Source: Paraspadella gotoi (Eukaryota; Animalia; Chaetognatha). Taken from it: a stretch of 32,823 nt of DNA. This document shows, in pieces, positions 1-12,900 of the stretch (the first letter of the stretch is position 1; the number at the start of each line of letters is the position of its first letter). Under the pieces are notes generated by a model. It was not told where the DNA came from. It searched no databases and saw only the letters and a program-made list of their open reading frames with translations. The stretch is taken from positions 28,156,032-28,188,854 of the forward strand of contig CM119265.1 in the NCBI GenBank assembly GCA_051294375.1, written 5' to 3'. Both the position numbers and the translations under genes were made by a program.

Positions 1-428
1 AAAAAATGAAAACAATGAAAATGAAAAATGAAAAATGAAAAATGAAAAAATTAAAAAATTAAAAAAATTAAAACATTTTAAAAATTAGAAAATTATGGAG
101 GACGCTTTAGGTCACGTGGGTCATGTCTCTGGCCACCGTGGTAACCGGTGGTTGTTTAGCCACTGACCTTGCGCTGAGGACACTTGGGCCGACTTTTGGC
201 TTTAAAAGCGAACAAGCTCACGATGGTACACACAACTCGAAATCTCTGTAATACTCTCTCGTTCACCATTTATTACTGTTAATGTTTAACTCCTTGTAAA
301 TTGTATTAAATGTATCCCGATTAAACCTGTCTCCTTATCTTAATTATTTACGTCGCCATAAAATTAAAAAATGAAAAAATGAAAAAATTGAAAAAAATGA
401 AATAAATGAAAAAATGAAAAAATGAAAA
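1..428. repeat. (AAAAATG/AAAAATT)n low-complexity satellite, interrupted at 94-360
   Basis: Seen: aaaaatg/aaaaatt units at 1-93 and 361-428, ending at an N gap. The same satellite recurs at about 3655-3930. Confidence 0.85.
94..360 (+). mobile_element. Probable solo LTR (267 bp) with a 4-bp TSD
   Basis: Seen: termini TATGGAGGAC...GTCGCCATA form an imperfect inverted repeat. AAAT flanks both sides (90-93, 361-364). Internal TTTAAAA and ATTAAA motifs, and more GC-rich than the flanks. Inference: solo LTR, since a 4-bp TSD fits Gypsy integrases. Confidence 0.5.
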
Positions 429-453
429 NNNNNNNNNNNNNNNNNNNNNNNNN
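429..453. other. Assembly gap (25 N); further 25-N gaps at 6684-6708, 6891-6915 and 8598-8622
   Basis: Seen directly. All four gaps are exactly 25 N, so they are placeholders of unknown true length. Confidence 0.98.
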
Positions 454-1417
454 ATAAAGAGTAGGGATCGCTTCTTTTAATTCACTTATAAAAAATAATA
501 CTTAGTCTGTCCCACATTAGCATTAAACTCCAAATTATTCGTGATTTAGAATAATGGATGAATGAAAATCTTGTGTGTGGGTAGAAAAAGTGTGTGATTG
601 AGCTAGATATATTAATTTTGTCTCAACTCTCTTCTCCAAACCATCAGCCTTCCTCAAACAACTGTGAGTTCATCAGAGGGAAATCTATAACTGACAATTT
701 TTAATTACAAATCTTAAATGAAAAAAATTTATTTCACGATGTGGAACCATTTAATGTTGATCATTAGAATTATCTTGATGAATACTTTTTTTTGGGGGGG
801 GGACCTATAATTCACTAGTAGATCTTGTCGATTACTGCCTATTATTGTTTTATTTATGATTTATTTAATTCTTTTTGAACATCAAATTAATGAATATTTT
901 TTTTAAAAAATAGTTTCTCTCTATCAGTCCATCAGTTGTCCATACAAAAAAAAAAAGAAAAAAAAAAGGATAAGAAAAAAAAGACAGATGACTGATTACT
1001 TCTTACCACTAAATATTGTTGGCCAAGTAACGTCATTACATTGTTTGCTCAAACTTGTTTTCTATAATCTTTTAATTGAAAATAATAATAATTAAGTTCA
1101 AAAATACATAATATTATAATTTTTAGAATAAATATGTTGAATAAACGAGTTAACACAATAATTTTTAAAAAAAATGTATATTTTTTTTTAGTTACATAAA
1201 CACGTAGTCTTGAAAGATAGAGAGAGAGAAAAAAAAAGAGAGAGAGAAAGAAAGAGAGAAGAAAAGAAAGAAAAAAGAGAAAAAATGAGAGAGAGAGAGA
1301 AGAGAGAAAGTGAGAGAGTAAAGGAGAAAGAGAGAAAGAGAGTAACAGACAGGGAGAGATTCCTCAGATACAATAACATTGTCAGAAAGTATATTTTTTA
1401 TACTAAACTTTGAGCTC

Positions 1418-1643
1418 TCTCCTAACTCGCCCCAGGGGGACACACTTTTTTGGGCTCACCCAAGGGGTTACCCCCAGGGGCAGACTTTTTTGGCCCCAGG
1501 GGGGCCGCCCCAGGGGGTTCCCCCTGGGCAACATTTTGGGTCTATAGGGGCGAGCCCCTCATGACCATTTTGCTGCTCCCCCTGGATAGTCTGCCCCCTG
1601 GGCCGCCCTAGAGCCACCATCCGGGGGCGGAGGATTTGGGAGA
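1418..1643. mobile_element. GC-rich MITE-like element with internal CCCCAGGGG repeats
   Basis: Seen: left end TCTCCTAACTCGCCCCAGG versus the reverse complement of the right end TCTCCCAAATCCTCCGCCCCCGG. Many CCCCAGGGG/CCCCTGGG motifs inside. No TSD established. Confidence 0.45.
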
Positions 1644-3654
1644 TGACATATCTCTATGCTTTTGTCGTCTGGGACTTTACATTAGATTAAAACAAAAACC
1701 TATGATATGTTTAAAGAATATGAAATGTAAATATTAAATTACAAACGAAATATTAAGCTGAATTATGAGGTATTAAGAAAACTTTGTAAAGTTTAGATGA
1801 TATATTTACCAAAAGAAAAAATCGAATGTAAGTTCATTCGATAAAACGAGATCCTTTAATTTCAAAAACGACCTTTAATCACAATATATTTATAATTATA
1901 ATTTAAATTATAAATTTGTTTTAATAGAAACATTTTTTTATCTGAAAATAGAAAATAGTTTTTGTTAACAAAAGTTGAAAAAATCCACTGGAAAATAAAT
2001 CAACAAAAGAACAGTTTCTAGATCGCGAAACTCGATATTTAGAAATTAGCATATTTTGAGAAGCCGTTTTTGTGTACTCACCTTTACGCTAATTTCAAGT
2101 CAATTTTGCCTATCTATAAAAACTATTGTATTGCTTTGTGAATAACATGCAGGTTTTTTGATTTAACTCGATGTACTTCCATAAGTTAGATTTTGGTTAC
2201 CTTAAAGTCTGGATTGTGTGAATCTAAAAACTTAGAATCCTGGTCTTTTTTAGGGTAATTCGTGAAATTTTTTACCCTTGAAGTTTAATTATTGAAATTT
2301 TGTAATTAAAGGTTATCGCAATAAGCTTAAAAACCAAAATAAATTTAATTAGTGAACCTTAGGCACTAAAATTGCCTTTGTTCCGAAATAAAAGTGAAGC
2401 GAGTTTTTTAATTCTTCAATCCAACAAAAGAAAATAAAAAACGAATAACAATCGGACAAAAGCAGATGCGCTAGAAAAGAATCTCTCTCTCTTCTTCATC
2501 TCATCGCGCTCTCTCTCTCATCTCTCAGGCCGGCTCTCTCTCGTCTCTTCTCTTACACGTCATCCTCTCTTCTCTCCTCTCTCTCTCTGTGTTTTTTGTT
2601 TGAACATTTTTTTTAAACAAACTAAGTTTTAGAAACCCCCAAAATTTCGAAATAGCTTAAATTATTTTTCGCGGCTCACAACAGACGTGAGGTTTCGTTA
2701 CACGAGCTCAAATCCGTGAAGACGCAATACTAGAAATCTTATAATTGAAATTAAATTCAATTAGGGCGGGGGTTCCAAAAAACTTTATTCTTAAAGTCTA
2801 CTTTTAGGTAAAAGAAAAGAATTTAAAAAAGTTCGATTTAATCGCTTTATTGTTGCTATAAAATTACAATATTACTATATAATGATAAAAAAATTTTTAA
2901 ATCAATCTTAACTTTTTGAATGGATTCTGAATAGAGCATAAAAAGTACAATAAAAAATTTAACTACAACTTTCCAAATAATTATGTTTTCTTGTAAATTA
3001 AGAAAGTAATAAAATTATGAAAATGATGATGATTTATGATTATAAATAGTTTTTCATATTTTCACATACTTATGATTAAAATATCGAAAAAGAAATTATA
3101 CTTGTGTAAGACAACTTTTGCAAGCTACCTGAATCTGATCTAAAAATAAAAAAATTCAAAAAAAAAAAAAATTTTAGCCTTTCCTATTTATAAAAAAATA
3201 TTTAAAAATTAATATATTGAGTAGGAGTAATATAAAAAAAATTTGTCTATTCAATTTTTTTTAAAAATGTCTAAATTTCGTTTGAGCAGGTGCTTAATGC
3301 AATTTCCTTAAACCACCTACTGAGTTAGTCTCCCCCTACCAAACCTCACGATACACGGTCGCCATTCACGCTCACAGATCTAACTTCTCACAGATTGCCT
3401 TTCCAAACTCAACAATCTCACGCTGACCATGAGACGCGACTCGTGAACCGTTTCTTACTTCGATATCTCAAGTAAACGAAATCTTCAATCGTCAACAGAT
3501 TCAACGTGAAATTCGTGGCGTCATTACGTTGGGAACTAAAAAGTGAAAATTCGTGACGTGATTAGGTGAGAACCAATAATGAAAGAAGTGTGTTAAATCT
3601 TTTGACAACGAATACTTTGAGCCGAGCACGTACTACGTATTCTTTTTATTAAGA

Positions 3655-3930
3655 GAAAATAAAAATATGAAAAAATGAAAAATGAAAAAATGAAAAAATG
3701 AAAAATGAAAAAAAATGAAATGAAAAAATGAAAAATTGAAATATGAAAATATGAAAAAATGAAAAAAATGAAAAAAATGAAAAAATTGAAAATATGAAAA
3801 AATGAAAATGCAAAAATGAAAAAATGAAAAAAATGAAAAAAAATAAACATTTTAAAAATGAAAAATGAAAAATTTCATGAAAAATGGAAAATTTAAAAAA
3901 TTAAAAAATTTTAAAAAAATGAAAAAATGA
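3655..3930. repeat. (AAAAATG)n satellite
   Basis: Seen directly. Confidence 0.9.
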
Positions 3931-4051
3931 ACTTAAACAAAGAGGGTTTTAATCTGAAACCCCATTGTGAAATGAGCAAGAGAGGGTGTCGCCATGTCAT
4001 TTTGACATTTGGTTTGAGAGATTTTTACGTCAGTCGCATTGCTTATTAAGA

Positions 4052-4081
4052 CGGAAGGGTCTTTTAGCAAAGACCCTTCCG
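4052..4081. other. Perfect 13-bp hairpin (CGGAAGGGTCTTT-tagc-AAAGACCCTTCCG), probably the terminus of a non-autonomous element
   Basis: The stem is seen directly. Assigning it to a transposon end is inference. Confidence 0.55.
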
Positions 4082-4384
4082 GCCAGGGCAAGCACTCTTC
4101 CGGTTCTGATGTCCTGAACTTTGTTATCTAAAGGGTACTGGTTGGTAAATTTATGTCACCGTAATAATTACGTATATTTAAACATATTTAAAAGCCACTA
4201 TATTTCTTAATTCTGCTAAAACAGGACGAACATTCGTGGATTAAATTTTTTTTTTCAATTTAGAAATGTTACGAAAGCAAATTTATTTCGTAATCCGATC
4301 CGACTGTACCTTGGTTCGCTCGTACAGTCGTCGTCCTTTAAATCGATTTCCCAAATCGATGCTATCGGTTACGAGGATGACGAG

Positions 4385-4385
4385 G

Positions 4386-4418
<33 letters not shown>

Positions 4419-4482
4419 TTTCCCTCACGTCTCTATCATTCGATTTAGTTTGAATCGAATTTTCAGATTTGAAACGCAAAGC

Positions 4483-4535
<53 letters not shown>

Positions 4536-5260
4536 CGAGACAAGAAACGAGATAAGAAAAAATGTCTAAAAGAAATAAAAAAAGGAAAAAAGAAAAAAGG
4601 AAAAAAATATAAACAACATAGAATAACAAAAATAAAGAAGATGAAATTATTTCTTTCCTTTCAAAGGTTTTCTATGATCTTTCTATATTCTTTCCGTGTT
4701 CTTTCCATGTTCTTTCCATGTTCTTTCCATTCTCTTTCTATGTTCTTTCCATGTTCTTTCCAGTTTCCATGTACGTCGACTTCCAGAGACAGAACGGTGA
4801 GACCCCTTCACGTTTGTGAACCGATAGTCCATGTTACTGGCCGCGTGAGAACGGCCGTAAACCCTTCCAATGTCGTGAATTCACCCCCAAGCTTTGTGCT
4901 AATCCCAGGATCCATTCTATTGTTCTCGTGGTTTGGAAAAGTTCATGTTAACAAGTTATCACCTTCACACGTGAAGAAAATCATTACATCACGTGACATT
5001 CAAAATCAAATAAACATAAAGATTTTAGTCCATATTTGTTTTTTTGCGACGAAGTCGTAAAAATCCATAGCGGATGATGACGACGACGACGACGATAACG
5101 ACGACGACGACGACGACAACTACAAAGACTATTACGACGAAAACAGCGATGATGACGACGACAACGACGAAAGCGACAACGACGACAACAACGATGACGA
5201 CAACAACGAGGACGACAACGATGATGAAGACAACGACGACGACGACAACGACGACGACAT
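4385..5260. repeat. Microsatellite cluster: (GAC)n about 4387-4417, (GA)n about 4484-4530, TTCTTTCCATG repeats about 4680-4770, (ACG/ACA)n about 5075-5260
   Basis: Seen directly. It explains the poly-D, poly-T and poly-R ORFs in the track. Confidence 0.9.
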
Positions 5261-5429
5261 TAACTTCGCCTCGGATTCAACTTTTTCTAAGTCGGAATCC
5301 AAGGAATTTAATGATTTGATGGTCGACGATTGAAAGAAGAAGTGATGGGATGAAAATTATGAGGTTAAAGAACAAGAACAAGAACTAGAACGGTAATTCC
5401 TGTGTTGCGCCGCAGTGACTGTGTATTTC

Positions 5430-5815
5430 AGAATGATCACGTGACACGCGCTGCATCGGAATTTTATATTTTATTTTAAATTTCTTTAAAAACAAAAATT
5501 AGAGCTAGCAGTCGCTCTGATTTGAGGTTCAACTAAATCAACAAAATAACAAACGAATTTAAACACCATTGAATTATGGGTCATGTGATCGTTTTTCAAT
5601 GTCATCACGTGACTTCACAAGTAGGAAACATATGAACACAAAGGTATTATGGTAATTCGCTATCATACCAAATATGAACTAAATTGAGGAAGTATTTACC
5701 GAGTTGTTTGAATGTAAATGGGACAGACCGACCGATGGACCGATTGACCGACCGACCGACTCCCGTCTTTGATTGGGTGGTCGACTTGGAGCAATCAACA
5801 CAAGGCTGATCAAGA
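5430..5815 (-). mobile_element. Helentron/DINE-1-like non-autonomous element, related to about 20180-20745
   Basis: Seen: (GACC/GACG)n microsatellite near one end, repeated TCACGTGA motifs, and similarity to the 20230-20320 region (CAATTTA.TT.ATATTTGGTA.GA....TACCATAA). Family assignment is inferred from DINE-1-like architecture. Confidence 0.4.
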
Positions 5816-6089
5816 ATAATAATTTTAAGTTATCAAGTTATAATCATGTTATCATATTATCAAGTACCAAAGTTCTAATTTAATCAAAATCTAAATACGA
5901 CAATTTAAATTGTATTTTGGCTAGATTTGCATGTATAAAGTTCTTTTATTATTATTTTTTACTTCATATTTGTTAACTAAATGAGTAATTATATCTACAC
6001 AAAATGATGAAAACATTTTATGTTTTATTCTAATTCTCCCGAATTCGGAAAGACTGATACCTGAATCTAAACGGAGAAACCCGGGGTTG

Positions 6090-7314
6090 AGAAAAAGAAA
6101 AGAGGGAAAGAGAAAGAGAGGGAGAGACAGAGAGACGAAGAAAAAAAGAGAGTGAGATAGAGAGACGGAGAGAGAGGGAGAGTGAGACAGAGAGACGGAG
6201 CTCTCTTTTCTTTCTTCGTCTCTCTGTCTCACTCTCCTCTTTCTCCGTCTCTCGTGTCTCACTCTCCCATCTCTTTCCCCATATCTTCTGTCCTTCACAC
6301 TTTCGGTCTCTCTGTCTCACTCTCCCTCTTCTCTCCGGTTTTCCTGTCGTCACTTCTTCGTCTCTCGTCTCTCCACTCTCCCTCTCTCTCCGTCTCTCTA
6401 TCTCACTTTTCCCTCCTCTCTTCCGTCTCTTCTGTCTCACTCTCTCTCTTCTCTCTCCGTCTCTCTGTCTCACTTCTCCCTCTCTCTCCGTCTCTCTTGT
6501 CTTCACTATCCCTCTCTCTCCATCTCTCTGTTTCACTCTCCCTCTCTCTTCATCTCTCTGTCTCACCCTCCCTCTCTTTCCACTCTCTGCTCTTCAAAAA
6601 ACTTCTCCTCCGTCTCACCTCTTCTCTCGTCTCTCATCTCTTCCTTCTCTCTCCGTCTCTCTACTCACTCTCCTCTTCTCCTCNNNNNNNNNNNNNNNNN
6701 NNNNNNNNGACGGAGAGAGAGGGAGAGTGAGACAGAGAGAGGGAGAGAGAGTGACGAGAGGGTCGAAATAACAAAAGAATTGAGGAATACATGTATGAGC
6801 AAAGTGATCAATGAGGTTCCATTCACCCTTTGCCCTCTTCGTATGTAAATAAAGCAAGTGGGAATGTAAATAAAGCTCTCTCTCTCTCTCNNNNNNNNNN
6901 NNNNNNNNNNNNNNNTAGGATAGATAAGAGAGACGGGGAAGAGAAGAAGTGAGACAGAGAGACGGAGATGAGACAGAGAGACGGGAGGAGATCGAGGATA
7001 GTGAGACAGAGAAAGACGGAGAGAGAAGGGGATGAGGGGAGAGTGAATAGAGAACCGGAGAGAAAGAAAAGGAGGAGAAAGAAGAAAGGAAGTGAGACAG
7101 ATAGACGGAGAGAAAAGAGGGGAGAGGAAGTGAGGACAGAGAGAGAGAGAGGAGAAGTGTGACGAGGAGGGGTCGAAAAACCAAAAGAATTGAGGGAGAA
7201 ATACATGTATGAGCAAGTGGATCAATGAAGGTTCCAATTCACCCCCTTTTGCCCTCTTCGTATATGTATATAAAATTAAGGCAAGTGGGGAATTGTAAAA
7301 AAGCTCTCCCTCTT

Positions 7315-7359
<45 letters not shown>

Positions 7360-7390
7360 CTCTCTGCTCTCTCTCTCTCTCTCTCGGCAC
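6090..7390. repeat. GA/CT-rich low-complexity region containing two gaps and a noisy duplicated segment
   Basis: Seen: (GA)n/(CT)n degenerate repeats. 6709-6890 is repeated at about 7130-7330 with many 1-nt insertions. Confidence 0.85.
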
Positions 7391-7862
7391 GCGAATTTCT
7401 TATCCAATGAACGAAGGAGGGCTTTTTCTTTTTATCCCTCTTCGCGCGCGCCTCCTCCTCCGAGGTATATAGTGCTGGCTTTTTCCCAGCTCCTCCTCTG
7501 ATGGGGTATATAATACTTTTATTTACCTCCTCCTCCTCTAACATTTTTTTTGGTGTACCCAATTTTTTTTAGATTTTAAATAATTTTATTAAAATTTTTT
7601 TAAAAAATCTGTTTTGGCTCTTTGGCCCAAAAAACTATGATACTTCTTATTACAAAAAAAGCAAGGACTTTTTCCAATATCTTTCACTTCAGCCTTCACG
7701 CTTTATTCTCTTTTCTTTTTCAAAGCATCGATGCTCTTTTTTTTTCTTTTTTTTTCTTTCCTCCTTTTTTCACTAAATGAATGACGCTTTCCCTCCCCAG
7801 GGAAAGGATCGCGCCCGCCTCCGCCCTTGCGCATCTCCAAACATTTTCTCCAGAGAGAGGGA

Positions 7863-7900
<38 letters not shown>

Positions 7901-8562
7901 GAGAGAGTGAGTGACTTTTTTTCCACCTTTTCTCTTAACTTTAAATTTTTTTGTCTCCCTCCTTTACCTTTTTTCTTCGCTACATTTTGCCCAATGTCCA
8001 ATTTATACATGCCAGTTCAAGTTTTAACCATTTGAATAATCTTGAATCTTGAAGAAAGTTTAGTTTCTCTGGATTAATATATAATTAAAACTAAACTTCA
8101 TAATTTAGGACGTTTATCGTTCAATAGGCGTGGCATGATTGATTGTGAGAAAATGAAATTGACAAAGAAAACTTTCAATTGATCACAGAACATTTGACCT
8201 GTTCCACACTAAGCGATAGTTAACGTCGGCACGTTACGATGGCACATTTAAATTATTTTCGTATTATCTTCTACCATTCATTTACTTCTCTTTGCTATTT
8301 CCTCTCTTTAACTCCTCTTTCTTCAGTTATTCTCTTTTCCTTTATTTACTTTCCTTTGTTACCCCGGTTATTTTTTTTATTCTCTTCCCCTCTCTTTTTT
8401 TCTCAACGATCCCCTCTCTCATTCATTCTCTCTCTCCCTTATTGCCCTCTACCCTCCCTCCCTCCTTTGGAGAGGGAGGGGACGAGGAATCGAGAAAAAG
8501 GAAACCAAAGTCAGAGTCAAAGTTAAAGAGTCCCAAGACGATTGCCCAGAAACTAAAAAAGA

Positions 8563-8597
<35 letters not shown>

Positions 8598-8989
8598 NNN
8601 NNNNNNNNNNNNNNNNNNNNNNAAAACGGAGAGAGGATCAAACGGCGATCAACGCCGGGTCAATCGACGCCGCGACCAAAACGCTCGGCGCGCCGCCGAG
8701 GCATTCCAACTTTCTCAAAAGCAGGGCCAACCAAGGCGCCGAAACCGGCCCAGCCTCCGGATTAAAGTTTGCTCTTAAGTTTGCTTTTTTCCATTTAAAG
8801 TATTGGCGATGCTTGCTCGACGTTGCCAACGGCGGATGCGCCCCGCTACGCGAAAAAACTGCGCCAGTAATGCGGGAAACGCCTCGGCGAGCCGGCGCCG
8901 GTGTACTGCCGGCCCTATCGCCAAAAACGGAAATTCGCCGATGAAAATCGAATTTGCTTCACGTCGTCGACGCCAGCGACGGCCGCGCA

Positions 8990-11900
8990 TGGCTTGGTCG
9001 ACCGGCGGCGCCGCTGCTTTCTCTTGTTCCTACCGACGCCCGCAACAGCGCGCCGCTGGACCAGCAAGGCCCAATTACAGGCGGCTAACGGTTCTCCAAT
9101 CGCCTGTTATGGGATTGAAACATCGGCGAATCACATAGGGCGCCAGATTTTTATTGATCGTTCTCGTGGCGCGACGATCACACAAAATATTCTGGGTGGC
9201 AGGATTTCCTCGCTGAGTTCTTTCTTTGGCTCCAAACCATCGTGACGGCCTCCTTTTGGACCACGCGATTATTCAACGATCGCCATGTGCAAAATCAGTT
9301 GGCTGAAGCGCGCATCACCTATCACTTTGTCGACCAGACTAATCGATCAATTCTACCAACATGCTCGAGCAGCTTCCCCACGCTCTCACGCCGTCCTTTG
9401 AGATTAAGGGAGCCGAAACTGGCGTTCGGAATTATATCCAGACAGGAAGGAGCGCCATGCAGATACCGCGCCCGTGACTCTCTCCGAGAAGCTGGCCGTG
9501 GCTAAGGGGCGGATACTGGATTCGCATGGTCGCTCTCGGCGTCCGCTTATACGATCAAGAGTGAATGGTCGTCACCTCTCGCATTGCGTCCCAAAGGCCG
9601 ACGGGGGCTGGAGAGTGTGCGGAGACTATGCGTCAACTAACTCGAAAACCATACCGGACGCGCTACCCCTGTCAAACTCCTCGCAGATTTAATGCCGAGT
9701 TGGCGGGGAAAAAGTTTTCTCGAAAATAGGATCTCCTCAAGGGATATCATCACATCCCGGTTGGGCCATAGAGAAAGACATACAAAAAGACAGCGGTGAT
9801 AACTCCATTCGGCTCTACGTGTTTCCCGTACTCCGTTCGGCCTCACGAATGCGGGCCAGGATTTTCAGAGGCTAATGGAGTGAAAATCCTTGGCGAAATC
9901 CTCATAACTTACGTATATCTCGGACGATATCCCTCGTAGCGAGCGACAACGCCCAGAAGAGCATCCCTCCGAAGATTTGGAAAAAGTTAATTCAGAGCTC
10001 TCGACGCAAATCGGGTTGGTAGTGGAATCGAAAAAAGTGCGGGTTCCTGCGGACCAAGAACTCCCTCGAGTTCTTAGGTTACCATGTCGATGAGAATGGC
10101 GTCAAACACCTCTCCCTCATGCGAGTCCGACGCCTTCGACAAACGACGCCCAACCCGACGGACCATCAAAGAGCTCCAAGCGTTTCTTAGGCTGGTGGAT
10201 ATTACAGGGCTTTTCATTCCGCAAGAGTAGCTCACCACGCGGCGGCGCGCTTTACCGACCCTTGAAAGGATAGCCCAAAGAGACTCCGGAATGGTCTGGG
10301 CCTTGCCAAAAAGGGTTTGTAACCGCCGTCAAAAGATGCCTTAGCTCGCCCGCCCGTCCTCATTACGACACCTCGCCAAGACCGGCGCCCACCTCTCTCA
10401 TAAACGCGACGCATCTGATCACGCAGTGCGGCGCGTCTCCCGAGCAACGTGGCGACAATCCGGATGGGAACCACATGCGCCGTTTTTCTCTCCGCGAAAC
10501 TGGAATGCATCTCACCCCAGCCGGCAGATGGCCCCCACTTTGATCGAGAGCTTGTACGGCGCTCTTCCAGATCGCCCATCCCGTCATTTTCGCCGCATGG
10601 CCTCGAGGGACGCACTTCTTGTCTTTACACGGCAATCATATGTCCTCACTACATGCCCCTCCACAAAAACGAGCGAACCTCCAAAACAGCCCGTCACGTT
10701 CGCTCTCGTAATATCCGAAATGATACGCACGGAACATTTCGCCACGCTGGCACGGGAAGCCACGTGCGTGGCTGACGCCCGTCTCCGCCCAAAGCCACCT
10801 TTCACCAATCTGTCGCAGCAATCGACAAAACCAATCGACGCGCCGCCAAGGCTCAAGATCTGACTCGAATAATGCGCGCAGCAGTCCAACTCAGCCAGGA
10901 CATCGACTTAAAGGAGATGCCGCACAGGCACACAACCCTGGCCATCCCGTCGATTTTTCGCCGACCTCCTCCGCCGACTGCTCCAATCAGGCCCTGCAGC
11001 TTCAAGACGAATCGCCACAATCGGCGGACGAAGAGATCTGTCGTCGACACATCTCTAACACCGGGCCCAGCCGGCGCCCCTTCCGTCCCTCGAGTCATGT
11101 GCGCCGAAAGGTTTTTGACGCCATTCACGGACTCGGCTATTCCCGGCGCTTGCGCGAACCGAGAATGAGACAATACGCTGAGAATTTCGTGTGGCCCTCA
11201 CTATAGCGCGCCGCGTCACACGCTGGGCGCGGTGAGTGCGTTCCATGTCAACGCGAAACAGTAACGCCGCACAACACCGCTAACCCATAAATACGGGCAA
11301 TTTCAAAGTTTCCTCCCCGAAGTTTTCACCATAACACGTCAGACATTTCGTCCCACATGCCACGCATCGATGTCTTCTCATATCTCTTGACGGCAGTGGG
11401 ATCGTCTTTTCGAGATGGCCAACCCGGCCATCGACCCATCAAAAATATTTCCGCGGTAACCAGTTGCTAGATCGCATCTTACCATCGGGTCGGCATCGCG
11501 ACTTATGGCATCCCGCTGAAATAAACCCAGATAGAGGGAACTCAATTTACCTCGACAATACTGGACGCCACACTCGGCTAAAACTTGGGGACTGCTAGGC
11601 TCACACCAACTCAGCTAACCCGGAAGCCAAACGGACCCTGCTAGACGAGATTCCGCATCGAGCGCCTCAAAGAGGTCGTTTAATCGCAAACTCGGCCGCC
11701 GACCGAAACTCTAATCTGGTATTGCGCTTGCCATCAGTCTCTTGGCAATTAGTGAACAACGCGTCAAGCCCGACCTGGAGCGTCACCACCACATGGTTCT
11801 AATGGCGATGGCTCTGACGATTCCCGGCGCGTCTTCTGGCCCGAGCATAGCCGCTCGAAGAAGGAGAAAGCTCAACGCATCCGTCTGCCGCGTGAACTTC

Positions 11901-12070
11901 GACTCGAAAGTGAGAGAGAGCTGCAGCCTAGTTACTTACAAGCGCCATGCCGCCTTCCACGCGTCCACATACCAAGATGCCCTCGCCAGCGGCGTCATAA
12001 CGTTTTTCATCCGCAAGGAGGAGTCAAGCCCGCCTCTTACAGCGCCCTAACGAAGGTCCTTTAAAAGTTG
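8990..12070 (+). pseudogene. pol: pol polyprotein (protease, RT, RNase H, integrase), frameshifted
   Basis: The motifs above appear piecewise in several + strand ORFs (for example 8901..9245 and 9474..9692). No continuous frame exists. Boundaries are approximate. Confidence 0.85.
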
Positions 12071-12713
12071 TAGCCAGAGACCACTTAAATTTCAAAGTAG
12101 AAAATGACCTGGGAGAGGAACAGAAAACGGTAACGCATCGCGCGAATCAAGCCAGCCACCATCTGGGAGCGAGACCAATCGCTGAACGACAACCCTCCAG
12201 AGGAAGAAACACCATCAAACCGCCGCCGCCGACGGCCCACCTAGACCCTGGCCGACGGCCCTGGTCCGAGTCCCCGGCGCAAAAACAAAGGCATCTCCCT
12301 CCATCGTCAAATGCAAACCGCTCAAAAACCGCGCCTACAATCCAATAGTAGAAGGAGGAGAGCGAAAACATACAGCATCCACATCCGGGCCAAACGCCCG
12401 ACCATACAGAACGAGAAAATCCTGAGAGTCTCCACGACCGATCCGCACACCTAGGGCCGTACGCCCTACGGCAACCGCCAAGACGTCGGCCATCGGCTTT
12501 CAGCACACGCCCAGTGCCGACGGTCCTCCTTCCTCTTTTGCACCGCGACCGTCGCACGAGACTGGACCGCGTCAAGAACCTCAACTATCAAGCGCAGGTG
12601 CTCCAACCACCTCCCTCGAAAAAAAAACAATCCAGTCTGCCAGCCCAAACGTTCAAAATCTCCTCATACCTAACTCACCTGGACTCCTCATTCGCTTTCA
12701 GTCTCATCCGTCT

Positions 12714-12721
12714 GGGGGGGA
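12714..12721 (+). promoter_or_regulatory. Polypurine tract (plus-strand primer)
   Basis: Seen: CTGGGGGGGA immediately before TGTAGG, the standard PPT-LTR junction. Confidence 0.8.
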
Positions 12722-12900
12722 TGTAGGCCTGGGAACCCCGAATCGGCCCATCGGGATCGGCCATCAGGCGCGAGTAGCCAATCTATTGGATGAAGAACTT
12801 TATCTCTAACTTGTAATATCAAACTCCTTAATTAAATCAAAATATAAACAAAAGACATATACCCGAGATTCGATCTCTGGGACCTTGGAGCGGCAATACA
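12722..12900 (+). repeat. 3' LTR (about 179 bp)
   Basis: Seen: starts TGTA directly after the PPT and ends TACA at 12900, with an internal ATTAAA. The right end cannot be confirmed without the 5' LTR. Confidence 0.65.

Larger units (their letters stand above)
8623..12900 (+). mobile_element. Ty3/Gypsy LTR retrotransposon (CsRn1-like), 5' part lost in a gap, reading frame broken by many indels
   Basis: Motifs reconstructed across frameshifts. Gag C-x2-H...C-x3-C (CFFH.KYGDAARRCQRGC) at about 8782-8839. Protease WLVD.GA..S, LQAANGSPIACYG and ILGADFL at about 8990-9215. RT SPLHCVPKADGGWRVCGDY, TPFG, PFGLTNAGQDFQRLM and VYLDDI at about 9570-9931. RNase H DAS...FDREL at about 10409-10555. Integrase DRGTQFT and EANG at about 11530-11635. 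GPF module PYEGPFKV at about 12045-12070. The PR-RT-RH-IN order is diagnostic of Gypsy. Confidence 0.92.

Noticed and set aside
1188-8641. Many ORFs rich in ER/SL, poly-T, poly-D or FFIF
   Set aside because: They are translations of (GA)n, (ACG)n and (AAAAATG)n repeats, with no domain signal.
10232-12648. Antisense and alternative-frame ORFs within the Gypsy element
   Set aside because: These are expected in GC-rich, frameshifted pol sequence, and none shows an independent domain.
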